Notes under the pieces: model-generated
Seen by the model: the letters and a program-made list of their open reading frames with translations, nothing else
Databases searched by the model: none
Told to the model about the DNA's origin: nothing
Program-made: the position numbers and the translations under genes
In this document: positions 24,270 through 37,519 of the stretch, one piece after another
Layout of the letters: each line of letters opens with the position of its first letter
Position numbering within the stretch: position 1 is the stretch's first letter
NCBI RefSeq assembly: GCF_036321535.1
Contig: NC_087438.1
Span: forward strand, 5,086,001-5,150,000
Reading direction: 5' to 3'
Origin: Camelus dromedarius
Lineage: Eukaryota
DNA: 64,000 nucleotides

Positions 24270-26640
24270 AAGCGGAAAATTGCCATTTCTAGTGGCAGTA
24301 GTCCCCTTTCGATGGCCACATGATCTAAGTTTCTCCACACATCCACCCTAAAACACGCACATGAACAAGGAGAGTAAATGACACCATCCATAACCCATCT
24401 CAGAAGCATGACCAGGAGACAGAATTTCACAATTGCCTATGTTATTTGTCTGGTGGGAAATGCACTTTCATTTACCAGCTGCCAACAGACCCCCAGATAC
24501 GGAGACCGTGTCTGATCAGAACTAGAAACAAATTGCACAAAAAACAGGAAAAGATGGTGGCAGCCCAGGGGAGGAAAAAATAAAAAAGTAAATAAAATAA
24601 AATCATCCTCAGAGAGAAAAAGACCCTCATACCTTGTCTGAACCCTGATGGATCAAAACACTGACTGATGGAGAATTTAAAGAAACAATGTGTACGTGCA
24701 CAGGAGCAGAGGTGGCAGTCTTGGAAAGACATTGCTTTTTTGGGGAGAGGGAGTTACTTGGTTGCATAGTGATGGAAGGAAAGAAAAATGGATGTGGAAA
24801 TTAAAGGTCTACAGAAACCAAGGAATAGAAAATCGGAACCTTTTTTTGGTGTGTGTGTGGTGAAAACAATTAGGATCTACTCTTTAGCAACTTTCATGTA
24901 TATAATACAGTATCATTAACTGTAGTCACCATGCTGTGCGCTAGATCCCAGAACTTAATTATCTTCTAAATGGAAGTTTTTACCCTTTGACCAGCATCCT
25001 CCCATTTCTCCATCCTGTCCTCTCCCCAGTCCTGGTAACCACGTCTACTCTCTGTTTCTGTGAGTTTGGCTTTGGCTTTTTCAGCTTCCACAAATAAGGG
25101 ATATCATACAGTGTTGGTCTTCTCTGTCTGGCTTATTTCATGTAACATAATGCCCTTATGTCACAAATTGCAGGATTTTCTTATTTCTCATGGCTAAATA
25201 TACATGATTATCCGTTACATGTGTGTAAACACATATATACAGCAACTTCTTTATCCATTCATCTCCTGATGGAAACTTAGGTGGTTTCCGCACCCTGGCT
25301 ATTGTGGATAACGCTGCAGTGAACATGGGAGTGCAGAATTCTCTTTGAGATCCTGATTTCATTTTCTTTGGATATAGATCCAGAAGTGGAATTGCTGAAT
25401 CACATTGTAGTTCTGTTTTTAATTTTCTTAATGAACTTCAGTTCTGTTTTCCATAGTGGCTGCACCAATTTACAATCCCACCAAACAGTGCACAAGGATT
25501 GGAGGTGTCAGCTAACACTACGGTGTTAATCATTTTGCAATATCAAATCAATTCTTTGTACACCTTAACCTCATACAGTGTTGTATGTCAATTACATTAC
25601 AACAAAGCTAGAAAAAATAAAATACTTTTCGAATTAGAAAAAAAATCAGAACATTCTCCGGTCCCTCCTTATTAGGAGCCATTGATAAAACTAAATGTAT
25701 TTCATTATATGAAAATAAGACAGTACCCTTCTGTCCCACATGTACATTTATATATGATATTATTTGTTCAGGAAAATAACAAGACATTTTGAATGAGCAG
25801 CACATGGAAGACAACATCTGTAGTTTCTCTAAGAAAAAAAATAAGAAAATGAGAATGGAAAACCCTGAAAAACAAACCACAGAAACCAAAATGGAAAAAT
25901 GTAACAGACCACTCAGCTAATTTATACTCTTAAAGCATTTTCAGATAATTATTAAAATTTCAAATTAGAAATACAAAAACTCAGATAAAAACAGGGAGAT
26001 ACAAAACAAGAATTGACCAATCTTAGGGAAAAAAGTTGAAGACAAAGACAAATACACATAGGGCAGAGTAGATTTAGTGAAAATATAATGAAGGATATTG
26101 AGGACTGACGTTCGCCAAGAGAACCAAGATGAAATAGAAAGGTAAAAAGGACCAGTGGGACAGGGACAGGTATAAAAGATAGGCAGAAAAAAGTCTTAAC
26201 ATTCATGTGACTGGAGTCTCTGAAGACAAAAACAATACAGTGAAACAGACCTAATGTTTAAACACTAAAATACAAGAATTTGGGGAAAATTAATGAAGAC
26301 CTGGATCTATACATTAGAGGGTCCACTGAGTACCTGAGAAAAATGACCCAAAACGGTCAATGCCACTGCATTTGTGAGAAATCTACTGGATTTTAAAGAG
26401 AAGAACACATGTTCAGGTTCCATACAAAAAGCCCCATCACTCAGAGAAAAGAATAACAGATTGACTTCAGAATTCTCTATGTTGACCCAGCAAGCAAAAC
26501 AGCAATGAAGCAATGATTTAAGGAACTCCAGGGTATCTTTTATATGAACTTGTAATTTTATATCCAGCCCAGTTGCCTTCCAAGAATCAAAAACCCGAGT
26601 AATGCTGTAGTCATGAGTCCTTCCTGAGCAGCTGAGGAGA
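24270..26640 (+). mobile_element. Old L1M/HAL1-like 5'UTR-ORF1 region, interrupted by the L1 at 24840-25641
   Basis: Very A-rich ORF1-like sequence (ctggagtctctgaagacaaaaac; ctggatctatacattagaggg; agattgacttcagaattctc); no intact frame. Confidence 0.55.
24840..25641 (+). mobile_element. L1MA-like insertion with 5' inversion (24840-25500 antisense, 25501-25641 sense with A-tail)
   Basis: Antisense part gives ORF MKSGSQREFCTPMFTAALSTIARVRKPPK. Sense part is ggaggtgtcagctaac...tgtacaccttaac...gtcaattacattacaacaaagctagaaaaaataaaa. Candidate TSD aaaatcggaac (24829-24839) / aaaatcagaac (25642-25652). Confidence 0.85.
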
Positions 26641-26641
26641 G

Positions 26642-26860
26642 CAGCACTCCTCAGACTGTTGTCTCGTGATGTGGAGAAAAGGACCTTGTTCCAGAACGTA
26701 ACTCAGCACACCACTTGCTTTCATGAGTTAAACATGGGGGAAAAAAGAGTTAACTGAACTGAACAATGTCCTCAGTGCAGTAATTCATTGAATTCTGGCA
26801 CAAGGTTCTTAACTTCTGTTGCACTGGTTGCCGGTCCGCAGACCACACTTTGAGTGGTAC
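26642..26860. mobile_element. hAT-Charlie MITE (MER5-like)
   Basis: Starts cagcactcctcagactg, ends ccggtccgcagaccacactttgagtggtac, typical of MER5-family termini. Confidence 0.6.
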
Positions 26861-27089
26861 CAGACGAAAGGATGAGGTTTATCCAAGAATAAGGGGTAAA
26901 GGGGCTCTTACACCAGAGGGCTGATCATGCGCACTGAGTATACTGACTTTTACAAGATGTGCATGAAGTCTGGAGCATAGGCGAACATTCTCAGTGTTTC
27001 CTAGGGTATCTTCATTCTGTACAACAACAATAATAAAGATGGTATATATTTCTAAAGTTTGTGGATACTGTGTCAATCTAAGAGTAAAA

Positions 27090-27830
27090 TGACAGTGAGG
27101 ACAAATACGGGAAAGCAGTATGTATAAATATATTTTCTGAAAAGACAGAGGTGATACAATTTTAAAATGGGAGGAATATTGACAATGATACTGAGCAGAT
27201 GACACTCTCACATACTGCTTTTGGTAGTGAGATTGGTTCAACTACTTGGAAAACTTTAAAATTAGTTCACAGGTCAGCACGTCCATAGCCTACTATGCAG
27301 CAATTGTGTTCAGTTTATCTTCAATATATGTATATAAATATAGTCATCAAAAGATATGTACAAGAATGCCCATAGCAGCACTTGGTGGTAATAGCGAAAT
27401 CTAGAAACTACCCACATGTCCATTAGCAAAAAATGACTAAGCAAGCTGTGGTATGTCCACGCAGTGGGAAGCTAGAAACCAGGGGAATGAAGGACCCATG
27501 ATGAGTGGACTTAACCCCACAAACGTAATGGTGATCAGAAAAAAACAAACATAAAAGGATACATGTGGTAGGATTCCATTCATATAAAGGTTAAAACCAG
27601 TCAAAGTTAATGTCTGGCATTTGAAGTCAGGCTCATGATTACCTTTGTGGGTGGCAGGTGTGGCTGCTGCTGGGCGAGGGAATGCCCAAGGACAGATTTC
27701 TGGAAAGCTTGACATATTCTGTTTATTGTTCTGGGTTCTGATTATACCACGTATTTTGCTTTGTGAAATCCATTATGCTATGCAGTTAAATACTTCGCAG
27801 TTCTGTGTGGATGTCACACTTAAATGAAAG
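27090..27830 (+). mobile_element. L1ME-type 3' end
   Basis: tggttcaactacttggaaaac; tgtacaagaatgcccatagcagcac; ggattccattcatataaagg. Confidence 0.7.
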
Positions 27831-27976
27831 CTTCACAATAGGGAGCAAAGAGAAAAGAAGAAAACTAAAGCGAGCTCCTTGATTGTTACTTAGGTAATAA
27901 ATAAGGCTCAAAGGACAGAATTTAAAGCTGACAAAATAAATGGCACACACCTAGTAGGGAAAAGGAGTACTAATGA

Positions 27977-28002
27977 GTGTGTGTGTGTGTGTGTGTGTGT
28001 GT
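27977..28002 (+). repeat. (GT)13 microsatellite
   Basis: Directly visible. Confidence 0.95.
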
Positions 28003-28399
28003 ATAGCAGTTACCACTAAAAGATGCAAGCCTTTCTAGATTCAGAGAACTATAATGAAAAAAGAATGAAAACTGTCAATCTAGACAAAGAACTACAGTAA
28101 GTATAATGTAATCTACACAGTAAAATTAATATAAATGGTTTGACCAAGTTGTAATCTTGCAGTCCTGTCAGTGAATACAAATGGCTTAACCTACTTACAA
28201 GAAGGAAAACAGTCCTCATATTGGCTCACAGAATAAAGCCCAACTCTTTGCTTTTTACAAGAGACTCACTTGCAGCCAGTCTGAAAGGCTGAAGAAGCTG
28301 GAGCGTGCCCGCTGCCTCCGGGGCTGTGCCCCTCTGACGGAGCCCGTCGCTGTGGGCTTTGTTGTTGCTGTTGTTCTTGTGGACTTATTTGCAGTACAA

Positions 28400-29290
28400 G
28401 AGGCTCAGAGCCAATTGTGTCTGTTACCTGCTCCAGTGCTGGATTCACCCTTCCTCAAGGAAAATCAAAGCTGGAATAATTTGGACACCAACGTGAATAA
28501 GATAGTAGTGGATTATAATCCACAGTCTAAAATGAATATTCATAAATCCACACTGGTATAAACATATGATTTAATGCATAAATAAATGGGCAGAAGAGTC
28601 AAATCTCCCATGCATAAGAATTCCACATAATGTATGTAAATGTTCTGCTTTCAAGTAAGGAGAACATAATTCTCACCCTGCAAGTGTGGTCTGCACATGG
28701 TAACTTCCTGACGGAGGGCAGTATGGAAGGGGCGGGGTGAGGGTGTAACCTTGTGGTGGAGAAGCCTGATGAACTGATCTCAGCCAGATGGTCAAGATGA
28801 ACATCAGCAGCGTTAGGTCACGTGGATAGTACCTGCCCTGACATGGTGCAATGAGGAAGGCACTTTATCTGTGTAGTCTTCCTCCCCGCAGACACTTTCT
28901 TCCAGGAGAATCATGTGAAAAACACCAGACAAAATTCAGTCAAAAGACAGTCTATAAAATATCTTATGAGTACTCCTCAAAATTATCATGGTCATCAAAA
29001 ACAAGAAAAAGTCTGAGAAATTGTCACCATACAGGGATGTGAGACTGTAATTGGGTATCCTGGCTGGGATTCTAGAACAAAATAGGGACATTAGGGGAAA
29101 ACTAAGGACATCTCAATGAACTATGGCATAATAATGTAAGATATTAATAATAATGTAAGATATTAATAATAATGTTAGATGTTATCAAGGAGAAACTGCA
29201 TGCAAGGTGCATGGAAATACTGTATTATCTTTGCAATTTTTCTGTAAGTATAAAACTACCCTAAGAAAATAGTTGATTAAATTTTTTTAA
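28400..29290 (+). mobile_element. L1MC/L1MD-type 3'UTR
   Basis: gtgtggtctgcacatggtaacttcc; gtactcctcaaaattatcatggtcatcaaaaacaagaaaaagtctgagaaattgtcac; atctttgcaatttttctgtaag. Confidence 0.7.
29128..29184 (+). repeat. 19-bp tandem repeat x3 (ataataatgtaagatatta)
   Basis: Units start at 29128, 29147 and 29166; the third has 2 mismatches. Confidence 0.9.
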
Positions 29291-29589
29291 AAAGGAGTTC
29301 AAAGTTAACACCAGTTAAATGCAAACAGTGGAAAAAGAGGAGCTATTGTAATACTATCGGGCCAGGTAGAGTAACAGAATAACCACCTTCACCAAGAAGA
29401 AGCTAGAGGAAATGCAAGGAGACGGACAAATACAGACCTAGAATAAGACCTAAACCAGTCACCACTGAAGTAGATCTCAGGGCTCTAAAACACATGTGAC
29501 ACCCGAGCACAGAGAATGTATCTTCACCTGATGTGGGTCATCAATAAAAATTCCCTAGGGGGTATTTCTTTATCTGTTGTTTTGATTGT

Positions 29590-31061
29590 TTCTGAAAATA
29601 CATATTCAAAAATAAAATTAAATTGGAACTATCAGAAAGAGAAATTTAGAAGACAGCCCCATTTACAATTGCATCATGAAGAACAGAGTAGCTGAGAATA
29701 AATCTTAAGGGGGCAGAGGACTTGCACTTGCAGAACTGTGAGATGTGGTTGAGAGAGATTGAAGACAACAAAAACAGATAGAAAGATACATTGTGTTCAT
29801 GGATTGAAAGAACTGATATTGTTCAAATGACAGTGCTACCCAAGGTCATCTACAGATTCAGTGCAACCTCTATCAAAATACAGTGGCATTTTTCACAGAA
29901 CTAGAAAACAAATAATTCTAAAATTGGTACTGAAACACAGAAGACCCCGAAACAGTCTAGAGAAAGAAGAACAAAGCTGGATGTATCATGCACCTGGATT
30001 TTGAACTGTACCAACACGTTACAGTCATCAAAGCCGTATGGTACTGGCACCAAAACAGACACGTAGATCAGTGGAACGGAATAGAGAGTCCAGAAGTGAA
30101 CCCACACATGCACAATCAATCTATGGCAAAGGAGGCGAGAACATACAATGGGGAAAAGACAGCTTCTTTAAAAACAGCGTTGGCAAAACTGGGCAGCTAC
30201 TTGCAAAAGAATGAAACTGCACTACTCTCTCACACCATGTACAAAAATAAATGCAAAATGAATTAAAGACTGAAATGTAAGACCTGAAACCATAAAATTT
30301 CTAGAAGAAAACAGACAGTAAGCTCTTTGACATCAGAGTTAATAGTAGTATTTTGGATCTGTCTCCTCAGGCAAGGAAAACAAAAGCAAAAATAAACAAA
30401 TAGGACTACATCGAACGAAAATGACGTGCACAGTAAAGGAAACTATTAACGAAACAAAAAACCCACCTACTTCATGGGAGAAGATACCTGAAAATGATGT
30501 GTCTGATAAGGGGTTATATCCAGAACAGACAAAGGACTCATACAACACAGCATCAAAAAAAAAAAAAAAAAACAAAAAAACCCCCAAATAACCCAATGGA
30601 AAAATGGGCAGAGGACAAGAATAGACACTTTCCCATAGAAGACATACAGACGGCTAAAAGACACATGAAAAGATGCTCAACATCCTTAATCATCAGGGAA
30701 ATGCAAATGAAAACCACAAGGAGGTGTCACCTCAAACCTGTTAGAATGGCTGCTAGTTATCACAAAGGCAGCAAATGTCAAGGGTTGGCTGTGGATGCGG
30801 AGAAAAGAGAACCTTCGTGCCCTGTTGGTGGGGATGCAAATTGGTGAAACCACTATGGAGAACAGTGAGGAAGTTTCTCCAAAAATTAAAACTGGAACTA
30901 CCACATGATCCAGCAGTTCCACTTACGCGTATTTGTCTGAAGAAAATAAAAAAAACACTAGTTCAAAAAGATAGATGCACTCCTACATGTTCACGGCAGC
31001 ATTACTTACGATTGCCAAGGCATGAAAGAAGCTGTGTCTATTGATGGATGAACAGATAAAG

Positions 31062-31108
<47 letters not shown>

Positions 31109-31750
31109 TATGTGTATGTGGGGGGGATGAGTGAAACAGGTGAGGGAGATTAAGAGACAGAAGCTTCCAGTTGCAAAATAAACGAGTCATGGTCATGAAA
31201 TATACAATGTGGAGAATATAGTCAACAACTATGTAATGTTGTTGTATGGTGACATATTGTAACTAGACTTATTGTGGAGATTATTTTGAAATGTATTAAA
31301 GTATCAAATCTCTATGTTGTATAACAGGAACTAATATAGTGTTGTAGGCCAATTATACTTCAAAAACTTCATAGAAAAAGAGATCGAATTCGTGGGTACC
31401 CGAAGTAGACTGGTGGGGATGGCATATTGGATGAAGGCAGTCAAAAGCCACAAGCATCCAGTTATAAGAGAAATAAGTATTAGGGATGTAAGGTACAACA
31501 TGGTAAATATAATTATCACTGCTTTATGTTACATGTAAAAGTTGTTGGGAGTAAATCCTAAGAGTTCTCATCGTATTTTTTCTATTTCTTTAATTTTGTA
31601 TCTATGTGCTACGATTATGTTCGTGAAACTTACTGTGATAATCATTTCATGATGCATGTAAGTCATATTATTAGCTGCACACCTTAAACTTACGCAGTGC
31701 TGTATGTCAGTTATATCCCAGTAAAACTGGAAGAATAAATAATAATAAAT
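29590..31750 (+). mobile_element. L1 (Laurasiatherian L1MA-like): 3' part of ORF2 (frameshifted) plus long 3'UTR
   Basis: ORF fragments [37 protein letters not shown] and [50 protein letters not shown] are L1 ORF2p C-terminal sequence; ends tgtcagttatatcccagtaaaactggaagaataaataataataaa. Confidence 0.92.
31063..31105 (+). repeat. (TG)~21 microsatellite
   Basis: Directly visible, inside the L1. Confidence 0.97.
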
Positions 31751-32855
31751 ATGAAAAGCAGAAACAAATCCAACCCTCAAATTAACCTAAACACATAGCG
31801 TATTGAGGACCACAGAGAAAGACAAATCAATTCGAGTAACTTTTGAATGCAGTAGCCTGGCCATATACTCAGTATGGAAAATTTATAAGAACAGAAAGAT
31901 CTGAAACTCATCCTGGACTTTACCTGGCTTGCTTTGGCATTTGTACGGGTACAGTCATTCTAAAGATACCAGTAGGAGTGTGTGCTGAAGGATGGAGTAA
32001 GTGTACTGAGGACCAGTGTTACCTCTGGAGAAGAGAGATACACATAAGACTCAAGCAAGATGAAAACAGTGTATCTGTATTGGGTTTAAACTGGAGTCGC
32101 TGTGCACTCATGACATACAGTTACATTTGTATTTTTTAGCTGTGCCATAGAAGTGCCCAGAAAACAGTGGGGTAATGATCACGCCTAATACCCAGTTCCT
32201 GGTTTCTAACTATTCTTCCCCTTAAAGAAATCAGGGTCCTTGGAGAGATTCTTGATTCTAGGTCTGAAGTGGAAAAGTATTGTTTGAAAATTATCAGCGT
32301 GTGCTTAATCAATTAGCAGACGTGTTTTTCTGAAGTCTAAGTTAGTTGAGAGATTTAATAATTGAAATGATAGTGCCAGGTTTAAGAAATTTTACCTTTA
32401 TGCATATTCTTACAGAAAACTTTCGAAATCTTTTTTTATTTTGATCCTCGAGTAATAGCTACATTTTAAATAAAAGTCTGTTTTCTCCCCTTGTTGGACG
32501 TTCTGCTTGGAATCTTAGTGATGTTCCATGTAGCTCTGGTTCTGGCATCTGCTTCCCTGTGAGGAAGGGGAGGTGTACAAGCTAATATGAAATTTGGCTC
32601 GTTCCTTAGAGGTTCTGCCCAGCCTTGTAGGTACAATGCAGGCTCAGCGGAGACACTTAAATGTGCAGAATTTCAAAAAATGAACAACTCTGAGCCATAA
32701 AACGACGTTACTATTCAACAGTAGTTACTTAAGATATTGATGCTTTTTGACCAGAATCATGGATCTTTTATATGTGAACTGAATGTTCTGTGTTGTTTAA
32801 TAATACAGTCTGGTTTGAGAAGAAATTAAGTAGTTTTGAAGTAAAGTGAACATTA

Positions 32856-33050
32856 GGATGAGGGTATAGCTCAGTGGTAGAGTGCTCAGCATGCACAAGG
32901 CCCTGGGTTCGATCCCCAGTCCCTCCATTAAAAAGTAAGTAAATAAATTGATAAGTGAACCTAATTACCTCCCTGCCCCCCCCAAACCAAAAAACCCCCC
33001 AAAATTAGAAAAAAAAATAAATCTGAAGAAGAGTAAAAATTGAAAAAAAA
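32856..33050 (+). mobile_element. tRNA-Ala-derived SINE (vic-1-like)
   Basis: gagggtatagctcagtggtagagtgctcagcatgcacaaggccctgggttcgatccccagtccctcca, then aacctaattacctccc and an A-rich tail; TSD unclear. Confidence 0.9.
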
Positions 33051-33679
33051 TGTTTAGGTGCCTGCATCACCTCCAGGCTTTGCCCACATTGTCCCCTCTC
33101 TCCGGAATGTTCTTTGGGATAAAGCTGTCCCTGTCTCGGTTTCTGCATCACTCCCTGAATGCTGGCCACGAGCGCCTGTGCCCCGTGTTAGAGCTGCCTG
33201 GTTCTCTGGTCCTTAAGGAGCACTGGCTCCGTGAGAGCAGGACGAGGCGCCCTTTGCCCTCTGCTGTATCCCATGTGGAGCACGGAGCCCGACACACAGT
33301 AGGTGCTTCATGAATGAACAAAAGAAAGGACACCTGACCTCGTTGGACCCCATCTTCGCTCAGAGTATTTGTTTGTTAGTTTCCCCTGGATTCATGGTGT
33401 TGCCATATGTGCTTTTCCCTGCTCTTAAAGTCCTCCCCCTGAAATATTAAAAGTGTCTGAGATGTGTGCAATTAATCATGTAATAAAATATTAGTAATTA
33501 GAGCGCATCTCAACAGGTGCACACGTAAGAGTTGGTGAGTACAGGAGACAACAAGAAACCAGTCCTGCGTCTTCTCTCACCTCGTTTATTGTGAGATGGG
33601 CTTAGTCCTCAAGTCACGTCAGTTTAGTAGCTGCATGCGGGGTTGGGGCTGAACACTGGGGCAAGTGAGGGGGGTGTTG

Positions 33680-33850
33680 GGGTGCAGACTCTGACGTCAG
33701 ACTCCCAGGGTTTCAGCCCACATGCTGCCCCTGCGGTTAGGGTGGACCTGGACAAGGTGCCTCCTGTCTCTGTGACTCAGGTTTCCTTATCCATGAAATA
33801 ACCCTCCATTCTGGGGTTGTCACAAGGTTCCGTTGGCTGTATGATGATTA
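33680..33850 (+). mobile_element. MIR SINE
   Basis: cagactctgacgtcagactcccagggtttcagcc...gacctggacaagg...tctctgtgactcaggtttccttatccatgaaat. Confidence 0.7.
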
Positions 33851-36800
33851 TGAACATCGAGAGGAGGGCAGCTCTGTGGTCCCCACCTGGAGGAGCCTTG
33901 TGGGATTGAGACGAGGGTGCCAGCGTGCGTGTGGGCATCCCCACGGGAGCACGTCAGCTTAGCAGTGGAACAGAGGCAAATCTTAAAGAACAATCACAGT
34001 TTAACCCATTTTTTTTTAAAGGTAGGGATGGTATTTCAAAAAGGGAGGACAGCATGATGAAGTTATGAGTTCAGTAAAAGAGCAGCACGAACGCACATTT
34101 GCTCTCCCTGTGTTTGTCCTTCATGGGCATTTATAAGCCGTAGAAAAACAATGAAATGTAAGTTCAGCGAACGTGTCGGCTTGTGCCCTTGATGTGGATG
34201 TGCTTTTGTGCGAAGCTCTGTCTCAGTTGCCTTGGCTTCTGGGGTTGAGAGAGACACCTGGTAGGCTTCTGGAGACGGTATCCGCCTGCGACATTCTGGC
34301 TCAGGGCCCTTTGCCTAACTCCGTCTACCTGGCATTCCGCCTCTTAGATCAAGGAACCCACTTGCTAAATGACAGCCCAAGTCAGTTATGAACCGGAAAG
34401 AAAAGGGAAATAGACCTAAACACAGATCCAAATATCAGATTTTACAGAGTCTGGAATTGATTATTCCTTTAAATAAAACGTACTCAGTCAATTTCAGCAA
34501 ATGCGTTTTCAGTTATGAAAATATCCAGAATGTGAACATTTCCCATTTTTGTTGTTATTATTGCTCTTTGGAACACACTGCCTACGTAAATGGGAATTTA
34601 CTTACACTTACTAATATTTAGGTAGTAATAGGGGAGTTACCACTTCAAAAATAAATATTGTTCAGCCAGAATTAAATGCAGTGCTTTCTCGTCTTTGAAG
34701 TGACCTTAAAGCGATGCGCAGTGTCACAGTGTGCAGTTTGCTACTGGTTTTCATGATACTGGTGGTGGGTGGGGGTGGGGAGGAATCGTGTCTTTAAATT
34801 GCATGAAACATGTCATAAAAATGTGACATAAGCCCGAAGCTTAATAACCCTGAGATTTTAAAATAATACTTAGCTTGTGTATGTAGTTACTGATCAACTC
34901 TGCAGTTACAGGACCTTAGATACCCAGTGGGATCTTTGAGTTCATTTTGTTAACGGAATTTGTTTTATTTTATGACAATTATCCATGATTATTTTGTAAG
35001 ATTAAACAACAAAAATATATAAATGAAAAGTTAAAAAAATAATAACTTAGAAAGATCACATCCTGTTTAAACCGTGGTGCCCTGTATAAAGTGGGAGGGC
35101 TGCTGGGGGGCAGGGGGTGGTGGCTTGGACCCTTTCCTTCTGTGAAAAGTAATAATAATGAAAAGAACCAAAGACAGTAATTCTGATGTCTGAGAGTGAA
35201 ATTACTGCTGTGGGTCAGACCTGCTCTGAAGACCATCCAGTTTTCACTGACGTTCAGGAGGGAACAGAAGGAACTGGGGCGGCCACCAGGCTGATGGTTG
35301 GAGTTGAGGGCTGTGGCAGGAAGTTGTATAATTCAAGAATTGAAAGCCCCCCTGAGCCAACGCAGACACTAAAATAATTCATCTTGCAGCTCAAAGATAT
35401 GCATTCTTCCTTTTGAGATCTGCCTCTTGCAGAATGAGAGAAAAAGCAAACAAAAGCATTTAGAACTCGGTGGGTCTTTTTGTATTAAGACCCCACGGCA
35501 CAGACGCACAGCTCCACCGGAAGCTGACTTATGTAGATGTTGAATACACAAGTATCAAATGGAGGCTCAAAACAATATTTGTTTTAGATGAATAATACAC
35601 TCATTTTCCCCGCTTGAGTTTTTCTCATTTGAAGCACTGGCCTTTCAAATTAAATAAATATAATGTTTCAAAAGAATATGGGCATGAATATTCATAAAGA
35701 CCAAAACAGTGAATATAAATAAAAGCCCTTTTACATAACATTTTATTTTTTTTATGAGGACCTTGCTGATGTATTTTTTTGTTCTTCTAAAATAATGTTG
35801 TTCAAAGTGATTTTCCAGGACACTCTTCTACGAAGCCTACCTGTTATTGAAGTAGTGATAACTGCTTTTCCAGATCTTCATGCAACAGTATTTTCCTTGA
35901 CATGAATTGAAATGAGATAACATTTGCTTATACAGCTCATTAGCCATAGATTCAGCCTCGCATGGTGCCAACTCCTCAGTAAAGTGTTTGTCTAAACAAT
36001 TGGAGGACGGTAAAAATAGAAAACAAAATTTTAAAAGATTATGTGCCCTGAAAAATGTAGCTAGTTCATGCACATAAAGTATGACAGAACGTTTCTAGGT
36101 GTTTCTATATAAAAACCAGTGATTTAAAGGTTCAAAATGCACATGTGTGCAAGATTTTATGTTATCATAAACTGGGAACACAAACAGGGAAGATCTTATC
36201 CCAGTTTTTTAAGGGGTAGAGGTAAAGGTAGAATGAAACAGCTGACGTTTGAATAGGAGAAAGAGAAACAAATTAAGACTGTGGTTATTTTTGCCCAAAC
36301 AACTGGTTGAAAAGGAGACGGTATACCCTTTGATTGACTAATTCTGCTAGTGGCGTTGTCCTGCTATTCTTATTTTAAGTAATCCCTGAGATTACTGAGA
36401 GTAGAGGTGCGTCATTGTCTGCTTTATAACACTGGCCAGCCAAGGCTGGAACTGTCCTTGAATACGTGACCTCATAATCCATGCTAACTTAACGGCAGTA
36501 TATATCGTCATTTAAATCTGCAAGTTAATGAAGGTGAGGTTGATGTAATTGCAGTAGGAAAGGTTAAATTTGTGACAGGTTGTTTTTGACTGTCCAAAAT
36601 CCACTTGCTACATTGGAAGGATGGGAAGTTCTTCACTGGAAGGGTGGGATCGTGGACCATTCTGGCACATGCAGAGAGGGGGCCATGGAGAGATGAAAAT
36701 GTTCACGGAGTCATTTTTGTAAAAAAAAATCTAAGCTCAGAGTAGAACGCTATTTACCACCTCCTGAAATAAATGATTTAAAAAATTATCAAAGAGCATA

Positions 36801-37519
36801 TTATTTTTTCCTAATCATGTAACTCGAAAAAGTAAGTAGACAATTTCTAATAAATATCACTTTGCCTGATTGCTTCCAGATGAGCTTGCTATTTTCTTTC
36901 TTTGCATTTGATGAGAAAAATAATTTTTAAGGAAAAAAGACTTCCCAGTGTTGGAACAAGCTGTTTTGGTAGAGCAGATGGATTCTCAAGGTTCTTTTTA
37001 TTTTGAATAAATGCATACCCTGAACATTCACCCTGTGTTGCTCTGTTAACCTGCAGGGATGAGGGTAGAATAACGTTCTAGCTGCAGCAGAAGATCACGG
37101 CTTGTTTTTATGCTGCTTTGTGACTTTGGACAAAATTCTTAACCCCCTCAGCACCTTGGTTTTCCCAATGGTAAAATCAGAAAATACTTGTCAGTAAATC
37201 CCATTTATATTTTGAGATAGACAAAAATGTAAATTTTAGGTTGGATGACATTCTTTACACTGAGAGATATTTCTGGGAACATTCCACTTTTTCTCAGTTC
37301 TTTTTTCTCTTGTTTCTAAAGACTTTATCATGCAATTCAAAGACCTTATGAAGCCTGGACATTTTGGTAAACGACTTTCTTTGAAGCCATGCTTACTAAT
37401 TATTTTGCCAATAGGTTAAATTTTTCTAGGTGCTTTATAATAATTCCTTGGGAATCCCAAAGGCAATGACCTATTTTTTAAGTTCATTAGAGTTGCACAT
37501 CACTTCTGATCTCAATTGC

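Noticed and set aside
29988..31044. ORFs with L1 ORF2p similarity as functional CDS
   Set aside because: Frameshifted fragments of a 5'-truncated L1; no intact endonuclease or reverse transcriptase.
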